This document shows positions 15,663 to 28,100 of a stretch of DNA of 64,000 bases, piece by piece. Every line of letters begins with the position of its first letter. Position 1 is the stretch's first letter. A model generated the notes under the pieces. That model saw only the letters and a list, made by a program, of their open reading frames with translations, had not been told where the DNA came from and ran no database searches. The position numbers were made by a program, and so were the translations under genes. This DNA comes from Eledone cirrhosa (lineage: Eukaryota), in the NCBI GenBank assembly GCA_964016885.1, contig OZ024741.1:148118001-148182000 (forward strand), given 5' to 3'.

Positions 15663-18217
15663 TATATACCTGTCATTCTTGCTATATATACCTGATGTCC
15701 CTGCTATATATACCTGTCATTCTTGCTAATTGTACCGGACGTCCCTGCTATATATACCTGTCATCCCTGCTATGTGTACCTGACGTCCCTGCTATGTGTA
15801 CCTGACCTCCCAGCTATGTGTACCTGACCTCCCAGCTAAGTGTACCTGACCTCCCAGCTATGTTACTTGTCATTCTTGCTATATATACCTGACGTCCCTG
15901 CTATATATACCTGACATCTCTGCTATATATACCTGTCATCCCTGCTATATATACCTGTCATCTCTGCTATATATACCTGTCATCTCTGCTATATATACCT
16001 GACATCTCTGCTATATATACCTGACATTCCTGCTGTATATACCTGACATTCCTGCTATATATACCTGACGTCCCTGCTATATATACCTGTCATCTCTGCT
16101 ATATATACCTGCCATCTCTGCTATATATACCTGACACCCCTGCTATATATACCTGTCATCTCTGCTATATATACCTGACATCCCTGCTATATATACCTGA
16201 CGTCCCTGCTATATATACCTGTCATCTCTGCTATATATACCCGGCGTCCCTGCTATATATACCCGACGTCCCTGCTATATATACCTGACGTCCCTGCTAT
16301 ATATACCTGACGTCCCTGCTATGTGTACCTGACGTCCCTGCTATATATACCTGACGTCCCTGCTATATATACCTGACGTCCCTGCTATATATACCTGACG
16401 TCTCTGCTATATATACCTGACGTCCCTGCTATATATACCTGACGTCCCTGCTATATATACCTGACGTCCCTGCTATATATACCTGACATCCCTGCTATAT
16501 ATACCTGTCATCTCTGCTATATATACCCGACGTCTCTGCTATATATACCTGTCATCCCTGCTATATATACCTGTCATCCCTGCTATATATACCTGTCATC
16601 CCTGCTATATATACCTGACATCTCTGCTATATATACCTGACGTCCCTGCTATATATACCTGACGTCCCTGCTATATATACCTGACATCACTGCTATATAT
16701 ATACCTGACGTCTCTGCTATATATACCTGACGTCTCTGCTATATATACCCGACGTCTCTGCTATATATACCTGACGTCTCTGCTATATATACCTGACGTC
16801 TCTGCTATATATACCTGTCATCCCTGCTATATATACCTGACGTCTCTGCTATATATACCTGTCATCCCTGCTATATATACCTGACATCTCTGCTATATAT
16901 ACCCGACGTCCCTGCTATATATACCTGACGTCTCTGCTATATATACCTGACGTCCCTGCTATATATACCTGACGTCCCTGCTATATATACCTGACGTCCC
17001 TGCTATATATACCTGTCTTCCCTGCTATATATAACTGACATCTCTGCTATATATACCTGACATCTCTGCTATATATACCTGTCATCTCTGCTATATATAC
17101 CTGACGTCTCTGCTATATATACCTGACGTCTCTGCTATATATACCTGTCATCCCTGCTATATATACCTGTCATCTCTGCTATATATACCTGTCATCCCTG
17201 CTATATATACCTGACGTCCCTGCTATATATACCTGAGGTCCCTGCTATATATACCTGACGTCCCTGCTATATATACCTGACGTCCCTGCTATATATACCT
17301 GACGTCCCTGCTATATATACCTGACGTCCCTGCTATATATACCTGACATCTCTGCTATATATACCTGACATCTCTGCTATATATACCCGACATCTCTGCT
17401 ATATATACCTGACGTCTCTGCTATATATACCTGTCATCTCTGCTATATATACCTGACATTCCTGCTATATATACCTGACGTCTCTGCTATATATACCCGA
17501 CGTCCCTGCTATATATACCTGCCATCTCTGCTATATATACCTGACGTCTCTGCTATATATACCTGTCATCCCTGCTATATATACCTGACGTCTCTGCTAT
17601 ATATACCTGACATCCCTGCTATATATACCTGACGTCCCTGCTATATATACCTGACGTCCCTGCTATATATACCTGTCATCTCTGCTATATATACCTGTCA
17701 TCCCTGCTATATATACCTGACGTCCCTGCTATATATACCTGACGTCCCTGCTATATATACCTGACATCCCTGCTATATATAACTGTCATCCCTGCTATAT
17801 ATACCTGTCATCCCTGCTATATATACCTGACGTCTCTGCTATATATACCTGACATCCCTGCTATATATACCTGACATCTCTGCTATATATACCTGACGTC
17901 CCTGCTATATATACCCGACGTCCCTGCTATATATACCTGACGTCCCTGCTATATATACCTGACGTCCCTGCTATATATACCTGACGTCCCTGCTATATAT
18001 ACCCGACGTCCCTGCTATGTATACCTGACGTCCCTGCTATGTGTACCTGACGTCCCTGCTATGTGTACCTGACGTCCCTGCTATGTGTACCTGACGTCCC
18101 TGCTATGTATACCTGACGTCCCTGCTATGTGTACCCGACGTCCCTGCTATGTGTACCTGACGTCCCTGCTATGTGTACCTGACGTCCCTGCTATGTATAC
18201 CTGACGTCCCTGCTATG

Positions 18218-18689
18218 TGTAGTAAACAATGGCACTACCTTACCGCGGTGGAACATTTGGGTTGCGCTTGGTCAGTCGCCAGGCCTGTAAGTCAGCGGTG
18301 TAGGAATACCAAGCAGTGACTTCCGCCCAGCAAGCGAATTCGCGCCTCTTTTCACTTCTCGACAGCTGCAGCTTCATTTTTGTAGAGACAAGACATTACA
18401 AATGGTGTTCCCTGGAGCAACTGGCAAGATGAAACATTTACCAAGGAACTTTGGCCCTCTCGGCAAGGGCCCAGCAACATCCTACCTAGATACATGTCAC
18501 AATGACGCCTAACATTCTATTGTAATATTTTACGGAGAAAAATAAACCTTTTTTTTATATTTCTCGGTGTGCTTAACTATTTGATCTTTTCCTCACCATG
18601 AAACTCTAAACACGCAGCCTTATAACCTAATCTTCATTAAGGATCCTTCTCACAACCAAAAATAATACCTTAAAGATTTTCCTGCTAAA
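18218..18689 (+). mobile_element. Probable solo LTR (472 bp) of a second family at the right edge of the array
   Basis: TGTAGT...GCTAAA termini, TATG repeated on both sides (18214-17, 18690-93), AATAAA at 18541, satellite remnant TATACCTGACAT resumes after it. Confidence 0.55.
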
Positions 18690-19033
18690 TATGTATACCT
18701 GACATTTAGCTTCTCATCTAACTACTTGATATTGTTCCTTGTTGCCTACATTCGCCGTATCTTTTAAGATCTGTCTTCTTTCATGCCATCTGCTCTTGAG
18801 AGTTTGTCCTCTCAACACTACAGTTTTTATTCAGAGTTAATGCGCTTTTACACAGGTTACCTTCACAGCAGCTTATAAAGTCTATGTTTATTCCATGCAA
18901 AATTTTATTCAGAACAACTACTTTCCTAAATAGATTGCCAAAGACCAACATCCAAGCCAAGTTGTCTTAACATCCTAGCCAAATCCCCTTCATTAAGGTT
19001 TAAATATTACAATGTAAATATTTGGGAACTTAC

Positions 19034-19153
19034 CTCTAAGAAAATGTTCAAATGTCGTATAGCAGTTTCTTTACTATTCAAGCAGCACAATCCAAGACAT
19101 TTCAAGCCAAGGTTTCGCACTTCATCACATTCATTTGGGATGGAAGGAAGTAT
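19034..19153 (-). CDS. NCAPG: NCAPG exon (ILPSIPNECDEVRNLGLKCLGLCCLNSKETAIRHLNIFLE); last exon visible, absent from the ORF track
   Basis: 120 nt, aag...gtaagt; start of the Cnd3 domain region. Confidence 0.88.
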
Positions 19154-22100
19154 CTTTTAATGTTATCATGGAAAAAAGGAGAAATGATTTTACATTGAAT
19201 ACTTACAAATGGATGCTGTAATATTGTATGTATCCAGTTTAGAATAGGTACACCGTTATTTTATTGACCCCCGGTAAAGATGAAAGGCAAAGTTAACCTC
19301 AGCGGGATTTGAACTCAGAACGTAAAGTGATATAACTCTATGCTATAAAGCATGTTGTCTGACGCTCTACCGACACTGGAGTTCTTACATAGGCACAAAA
19401 TGAAAGATTTGTAGAGCTTGCAATCAAATGAATGAATCTCAATAGGGGTAGCATTTATTTTAACATCTTCAAAAGAATGGACAGCAAAGTTAAAAAAAAA
19501 TATGGTTTGAACTCATAACACAATAAGATGGACTAAAATACTGCCTACTCTATTTAGCCCAGTGCCCTTCTACCATACTAGATAATGTTATAATAATAAC
19601 TTCTTGCAAAAGCATGTGGTTTTGTAAGGTTATGAGTTTAATTCCCGACAATGCAATGTCCTTAAGCAAGACACTTTGTTACATCTTGCTCAAGTCTGCT
19701 TAATTGGAAAAAATGAGTTGTACTTGTATTATTCAAAGAGCCAGCTTTGTCACACTGAATCTGCCTGAGAACTACATTAAAGGTTGTCCCATTGATCAAA
19801 CAACTGGAATACTTGTCATCAAAAAAAACAGAGGTCCAGTATATTATTAGGATGGATTGGCAGTATCGGAAGAGGGTCGGACACCATGCTTTGCAAGCAT
19901 AGAGTTACGGTCTTTTATGATCTGAGTTCAAATCCCGCCGAGGTTTACTTTGCCTTTCATCCTTACGGGGTCGATAAAATAAAGTACCAGTCAGGCACTT
20001 GGGTCGATTTAATCGACTTTCCCTCCCCCAAAATTGCTGGCCTTGTGCCTATATAAGAAACCATTATATTATTAGGATGAAAAATTTGACTGCTTTCATT
20101 CACACCAACCACAAAGGGCATGTTTGTGTGGTTGCACAACCTACTAGAAATAGCGGTCAAATTTTCCTAAAATTAAACCCTACCAACTTGAAAGTGGGAG
20201 GTAACATATTTGATAATGTAGTCCTTGAAGTAGAGCCCAAAATGAGGACAATGAGGTCATAGCTGTTTAAGTATTTGATCAACAACAACTATTGAACTGT
20301 GCAGTGAGAGTATCACTTAGATTCTATCTAGACTAGAGTAACAAGCAATAAGTTTAAGATGTAAATCATAATAACAAGAGGAGGGGATATTATAAAAGAG
20401 AGACATATGAAATGTTAGCTGAAGGGAAACAACAGAGAAAGAGGAGGAGGAATACATCAAAGTAAGAAGAAACACCTTGGGTGTCTTCTACCATAGCTTT
20501 GGGTTGACCAATGCCTTGTGAATGGAATTCAGTAGACAGAAACTGTGTTGGAACCTGTCATATATAAATAAACATAAAATAGGACTTGTGAAAAAAGCCA
20601 TCATATATGTGATGAGTTCATGGAATACACGTGGAAAATTCCTTTCCAAGGTACATGCCTAAGCATAGTATTTGTGGAAGACCAGAATCTGTCCAAGCAT
20701 GCAAGGCTCCTATCTCCATGCCATTCATGTTATCCAAGGTAAAGGTTGATACAGTTTGGCACTAGTGGCATCATTTCATTTTCATTCATTTCAATTTACA
20801 TCCGCTTTTCCCTGCTTGCAAGGGTGGGACGGAAACTGATTCTGGCTTCATTTCTACAGCTGGATGCCCTTCCTAACACCAACCTCATTTACAGTGAGAG
20901 CTGGGTGCTTTTTTGCCGTGGCACCTCCACATCCACTTTGCAGTGGAATGATAGGGACCCCAGTCCCTATCATCTCATTTGTACAGCTGAGTAAACTGGA
21001 GCAATGTGAAATAAAGTGTCTTGCTCAAGGAAACAACATCACCCGGTCTGAGAATTGAACTCACAACCTTTCGAATGCAAGGCCAATGCTCTAACCACTA
21101 AGCCATGTGCCTCCAATCATATATACCACTTTATATACGTGATATATATGTAGCAGCCCCTTACGGCTGTAACTCAGCACGTATAGGAGTTGCATCCCTT
21201 TGTGACAGTCGCCACTCCCAGTGGCAGATACGTATAGGAGTTGCGCCCCTTTGTGATGGTCGCGACTCCCAGTGGCAGATCCATGTACTAAATGGAGTTG
21301 AGGATATCAAGGCAGTAACTCTCTCACTTCCTGCACCGGCAGCCGAAAGGACCACTTGAACCTTACCAAGAGAAGTTTTCTGTTCTTCTCTACACACTCC
21401 AGTCTGGGAGTTGTGACCAATTGACCATCAACATGTGATAAAAATTATTCCTATTAATTTATTTGACTTCTGTGAAGTAAAACCATATCACAACACTCAC
21501 CTGCATTTATTGTCATTCTTAATAATATATATACACTGATACTAACATTCTAAATATACATATACACTATATATGTAATCTAAGGTAAAGGCAATGGCTG
21601 ATACGGCTTGGCACTCGTGTCATCATAATTCATATATACATGGCTTAGTGGTTAGAGCATTGGCCTTGCAATCGAAAGGTTGTGAGTTCAATTCTCAGAC
21701 CGGGTGATGTGTTATTTCCTTGAGCAAGACACTTTATTTCACATTGCTCCAGTTTACTCAGCTGTAGAAATGAGATGATAGGGACTGGGGTCCCTATCAT
21801 TCCACTGCAAAGTGGTCGTGGAGGTGCCACGGCAAAAAAGCGCCCAGCACTCACTGTAAATGAGGTTGGTGTTAGGAAGGGCATCCAGCTGTAGAAATCA
21901 AGCCAGCATCAGTTCCCGTCCCACCCTTGCAAGCAGGGAAAAGTGGACGTAAAATGAAATGATGAAATGATGATGATATACTTATGCACTACATATACAT
22001 TAATTTGAGGTAAAGATAAAGGCTGATACAACTTGGTACCAGTGTCATCAAAGGCAAACTCCGAATGCAAAAGGCCAAAAGAGGTATCATAAGGCATCAC

Positions 22101-25100
22101 ATCTGAATCTAACAGTTCCAGTAATCTACCACCTCTGGATTGATATTCTATCTACTGCAAACAAATGAAAAGTGTGGTTGACTGCGGTGGAATTTGAATT
22201 CAGAGCATAGAGAACTGGAACAAAACATTTAATCCAGCGTTCTAACATGTTTCAGTTTGCCACTGCATTAGGCAAGTTAACCCTTTAGCATTCAAACCGA
22301 CAAGATTATGTCCCCTTTCATTTATTCAAACCGACAAAAACTGACATTTAATACCACACGAAGAGCTCCTTCTAAAAATAAACATTGACATCATCGAAAT
22401 CTCGTCAATTCGAGATTACTGCGAGATAAAGCCCTTACTCGCAAAAATTAACTCTTAGTATAGTTAAAGAACTTGCAATAACACGTGTTTTTAACGTTGA
22501 AAGTGTAACATGGCTTCCGAAAGTAGCGACAACGAATTTGAAGGTTTTACGTCCGACGATATTCGAGATCAAAAAGAAACAGAAGATAATATCAGTGATT
22601 TATCTTCAAACGAATCAGATATATTTATTTCTGATATATCTGATAGTCAAATCTTCTCTTTCACTTTCAAAGTGACTGACACCATTGAAAAAACACCAAC
22701 GTGGTTGAAAGAAACAACATCGATACATGTTTCGGATTTTACTGAAAATATTGGACCACAACACACATTACCACCCGATGCTAAAGCACTGGATTATTAT
22801 TTTTTATTTTTACCACAAACTTTCTTCGAAGTTGTGACAAATCGCTATGCACAACAACAAATTTCTAATATCGGAAAACCCGATCTGTTATGGCGTCAGA
22901 CAGATTCTGCCAAAATGAAAGCGTTTTTTACCATAAATATTATGTTTGGTATTAAACAATTTCCACAACTGTGGAATTATTGGAGTACTGATATAAGGTT
23001 TGGTGACCCTTATATATCTAGTATTATGGTAAAAACGAGATTCATCAAATTAAACCAGTATTTGCATCTGGTTGATACTTCAAATGCCCCTGGTAGAAAT
23101 GAATCAAATTACAACCTACTGTACAAAGTACGACCATTAATTGAAATATTGTCAGAAAAATTTAAAAGTGTGTATAAACTTATATATTGGGAACATTTCT
23201 GTTACGTAAATTTACACCGTACATTTACAGAGTGCATTGCCAATATTATTTTGACTGGTGAAAAGGTTTTATACATTTTTTTCAATGAAAATATTTGCCT
23301 GGAATGTAGAGAAAGACTAAAACCTTGTACTGATTATACCTGCATTTTTAATTAATTCACCTGTTCGGAAAACTGCTAGAATTGATGGAAATGAGCATCT
23401 AGGTCATTATTGGATTTTTTGCAACAAATCTAACAGATAAGGCAGATAAAGTTTAAATTTTTGTGTTTATCCATAAAGTTATTACTTTTACACCTGTTAA
23501 TTAATTTCACCTGCCCATAAAAGTCAAATTTAACAAAAAAAATCAGGTAAAAATATATAATTGTAAATTATAGTTATTTAAACATCTGACAAAATTTCAA
23601 GTCTGCACATAGAAAATTAAAGTAATTACAAACAAATAAAATTGATAACCCTCTTGAGTATAATTAAGTGAAAATAATGCAAATAGATGAACATGATATT
23701 TGACAATTCAATGTGAATGCTAAAGAGTTACGATGGAATTATCAATGGAATGAGAAAAAGAGTCCAATACATGACAAATGAATAAAGAAATACTAACGAG
23801 GCTGTCTTTCAGTAATTCAATGGTTGATTCATCCACAACAACCTTCTTGAGCATCAGGGTTTCACAAATTATTGTCAAGCATTTCAGCAAAGTGTCTGGA
23901 TCATTCTACAAAAGCAAAGCAAATGATTTCATCACTAATTACATCATCATTTTAACAACCGATTTCTCTATCGGCAAGGGTTCGACGGGTCTACATAGAC
24001 CAAGTCAGTACTGAAGCAGTGGCTACTTATCTACCAGACAAGCCAGGGATCCACAGGTATATCATCACTAATTACAAATCACAGATTTGTATGCAGATGA
24101 TCTTACACTTATAGCTAAATCTATGGTGGAACTAAAGAAGAAATTGCAAACATGGAAGCAAGGATTAGAAAGAAGGGGTCTCAAAGTCAACCTGTCAAAG
24201 ACTAAGGTCCTCGTAAGTAGACAAGAAAACAGAACCCAGATCCCCTCAGGGATGGCCATGCTCAGTATGTAGGAAAGGTGTAGGTAAGAATTCTATCCTA
24301 TGCCCTAAATACAAACTATGGGTACACAAGAGGTGTAGTGGGATCTCAGGAAGCTTAGTTAGGAATGTAGATGTAGCAGCTGCACCGAGACAGTAAGCAG
24401 CAAACAGCCACAGAAAACAAGCACTACCAAACTCTGAGAGGGCTCTGTAGAAACAGTAGACAGCTTCTGCTACCTAGGTAACCAAATTAGCAGCGGAGGT
24501 GGGTGTTCTGAAAGTACAGTAACCAGGGTAAGAACAAGATGGAAGAAGTTCAGGGAGCTACTGCAACTGTTAGTTGCAAGAGGCCTTTCCCTCAAAATGA
24601 AAGGCTGACTGTATGATGCATGCATATGAACAGCAATGTTACATGGTAGTGAGACCTGGGCACTGTGTGTAGAAGACTTACGTAGATTAGAAAGAAACGA
24701 AGCTTGCATGCTCCGATGGATGTGTAATAGTAATATATGCAAATGGCAAAGCATAAACGAACTGAGAGAGAGACAGAGCATAAGCGGAATCAAATGCTAT
24801 GTGCAGGAGAGGCGGTTGCATTGGTATGGACATGTGATGCGTATGAAGGATGACAGCTGCATTAAAAGGTGCAGAGCACTAAAAGTTGATGGAAGCTGTG
24901 GAGTGGGGAGACCCAAGAAGACCTGGGACGAGGTGATAAAAGTGGACCTTGCCCAATTGCGCCTCTCAACAGCGATGACACTGAACCGTGACCTCTGGTG
25001 TCATGCAGTAATACAGAAGACCCAACTTCCCACGGGAACAAGCTGAAGCCAAAGCATATAGGCAATATGCCCGCATCCCCTCCCACTGCAAAGTGGTCAT

Positions 25101-28100
25101 GGAGGTGTCACGACAAAAAAGCACCTAGACCACACTGTAAAGTGGATGTGTAGGCGCCACGGAAAAAAAGCACCTACCACTCACTGTAAATGAGGTTGGT
25201 GTTAGGAAGGGCATCCAGCTGTACAAGCCAAAATCAGTTCCCATATGAGCAAGACAAGATCAGCAGACCTACTAAAATTGCCCACAACAGGACAACCCGT
25301 CTAAACTATGGTGGAAGAATCGACGTGGTGATGATGATGAAATATGTCATTACTAATTATAAATCACAAATGTATTATTATCATCATCATCATAGAAACA
25401 AAGCCAAAAATGCAACACATTGAGTGAGACATGGTGCTTCAACCCATTTAGGGGAACAGTAGCTCTGATTACGTACTGATTGGATTTCGACACCCATACC
25501 AGCATAGAAATGCAGGCATAAAATGATGATACCAAACCACCCTTGGTTCTTTGATAGAAAACAACTTTTATGTATTTACATTCATCTAAAAACCTTGCAT
25601 CACAATTTTATGTAAAAATATTTGTTCCAAACTCCAGCTTAATAATTTATTACTAAACCTTTCAAAATTTTTACTATTTTCAAAATTATTTGAAAATCAG
25701 AGGCAATGTCTTTATGAGACAATAGTAATGAAAGGGTTAACCCTTTAGCATTTACATTACTCTATATATACTATTGTATTTTTGTGGTAAAGGCTTTACC
25801 TCACATAATATTGAATCTATGAGATTTCGATATTATTTATTTTAAGAACAATACCTTAACATCTGCATGAGTAGCCAGTTACAGTCAGTTTGAACAGAAA
25901 AAGGTAAGTGAATTCTGGCCGGATATGGCCGGTTTAAATGCTAAAGGGTTAAAGTAAAAAATAAATAGTTAAAAGAAAACCCACCCTGTACAATAAATTT
26001 TTCACACTGCTCTCTGAAGCAATACTAACCTTCACTTCTGTCGTTTCATCAGTTTTGGGTAATTTGGTTGCATTTAATTCTCCTTGTTTTTCTTGAAGTT
26101 GTTTTATAGTATTCTTTGTGTTGGCAGCAGAAACAAAGTCTTCATTTTTCACAAACATATCTAACTCATCTCGCAACTCATGAACTTGAATTCGCAAGGA
26201 TGCAATCTATATGAAGGAAATTCAGAGGAAATTTTAAACATAATTTCAACCAAAATCAGAAAGAGAATTTTAACTAGGGTCGCACCAATTAATCAGCCAT
26301 TATTGATTTTTTACAGTGGATTGGCAGTATCAGTAGAGCGTCAGACACCATGCTTTGCAGCATAGAGTTACGAGTTCAAATCCCACCAATAAAATAAAGC
26401 ACCAGTAATGCACTGGGGTAATTGCTGGCTTTGTGCCAAAAGTAGAAACAATTAGTTTTTTCATTATTATGCTCATATATCTACACCTCATCACCTTTTT
26501 TATTGCCATCGAACAGTGTCACTTAACATATATTTACAGCTCACACCTATGTGTCTGGCCTCATATGAGGTTGATTCTCATAGGCTTCTTGGATGTTTTA
26601 ATGATAGGAGCTCCAGGCTTAACATGAAAAGCAATATGAAAGAAGCATCTTACTCAAGAACACGTGCTGCCCAGTCAAGGAATTGAAATAACAAACTTAT
26701 GATCATGAGTCTAACTAACACCCTAAACACATGCCTTCACTAAAGCTCTAAAGCAGGATTTCCCAACCAGGGGTGCGAGATAACATTTCAGTATTTTGGT
26801 TTTTTATTAATAGTATTATTGTAATATTTATTTTTGGATTTAATGGTATTATAGTTGATATATTAGGTTCTCCATTTTACCTCCAATCAACCTTATCTAT
26901 ATTTTTTTTTTTTTTTTATTATAATTCTTAACTTTTTAATAATAATTGTTTCTACTTTTGGCACAAGGCCAGCAATTATCCCAGTGTATCACTGGTACTT
27001 TATTTTATCGACCCCGTAAGGATGAAAGGAAAAGTTAACCTTGGCGGGATTTGAACTCAGACCATAAAGGGCCGTAACTCTCAACTGTATTAACTCTTCA
27101 AGTAAAAAAAAAAAGAGGAAATGGAATGATGACTATGTGTGTTTTGGTTTCACTTGCACAGGAAAAACTGAGGATTTATAAAAACCCCAGTGCATGCTTT
27201 GTAATAGCGTTTTCCAACGCAAATTTGAAGCCATCCAAGCTGCAAGAACACTTCAACAACCTACATGGTGGAGCCAATGTTGCAGGCAATGATGTGGATT
27301 GTTATCAGAAAACAAGGTGCCACATTTTGAAAAGCTCATAACCAAGGAACAGGAACAAAAGTCATTAAATTTAAATTTACTTATGAACGCTAATTTTAAA
27401 ACTTTTTATTCTTTTTTTAATATTTATTCAAATTTTAATTTGTTATATTTTTTTCTTTTCCATGTTTCATTTTAGTTCACATATTAAACAATTAGATTAT
27501 ATAAATTTGTTGCTCAAATTTAGTATTAATTCATCTTTATACTAAAATAATTTTTTTTTTTAAGGAGTGCAAGAACATTAAAAAATTTTAGGGGTGCGGG
27601 CATGAAAAAGTTGGGAAACACTGCTCTAAAGAGATCAATTAACAGGAACTAACTATTAATCATTGGGATCACCTTAAGGCCTTCAATCTTATTCCATACA
27701 ATGATATGTGTATCTGGTTTATCTTATCCATGTATGTCATAAGAGGTGACTAAAAGGATCGATGCCAAAAAAGGTATCCATCTGTAAAACATTGCCACAA
27801 AAAGGATCCCATGATGTGTATGAAGCTTGTAATGATGACCGCAAGGCTAAGGAGAATAGCCTTAAAATGCTTGTAGTTATTATTGTTGCTGCGATGGAAG
27901 ATGAAACATAAATTGTATATCTTACCTTTAGATCAATTACACGTATTTCATTTTCATCAATGTTACCACATACTAAAACGAGAGGTTCATGTATTTCATG
28001 AATCAGGTCACAAATGTAGTTCAGGAATTCTTTTATATCTGGTTTCAGTATGTGTAACTGTGTCACAATGGAACTAATCCAATTATTGTTCATATTTGAC

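Larger units (their letters stand above)
470..18217. repeat. 22-bp tandem satellite, consensus CCTGACRTCYCTGCTATATATA, about 740 monomers, inside an NCAPG intron
   Basis: Period 22 read directly (ACAT at 4081, 4103, 4125); stop codons recur on both strands; degenerate TATGTGTA monomers at the edges. Confidence 0.98.

Noticed and set aside
470-18217. CRISPR-like array or repetitive protein gene
   Set aside because: Monomers are contiguous with no unique spacers and no cas genes in a eukaryotic context; TGA (+) and TAG (-) recur in all frames.
21638-21712. tRNA gene
   Set aside because: The A and B boxes belong to a SINE head that continues into core and LINE-derived tail.
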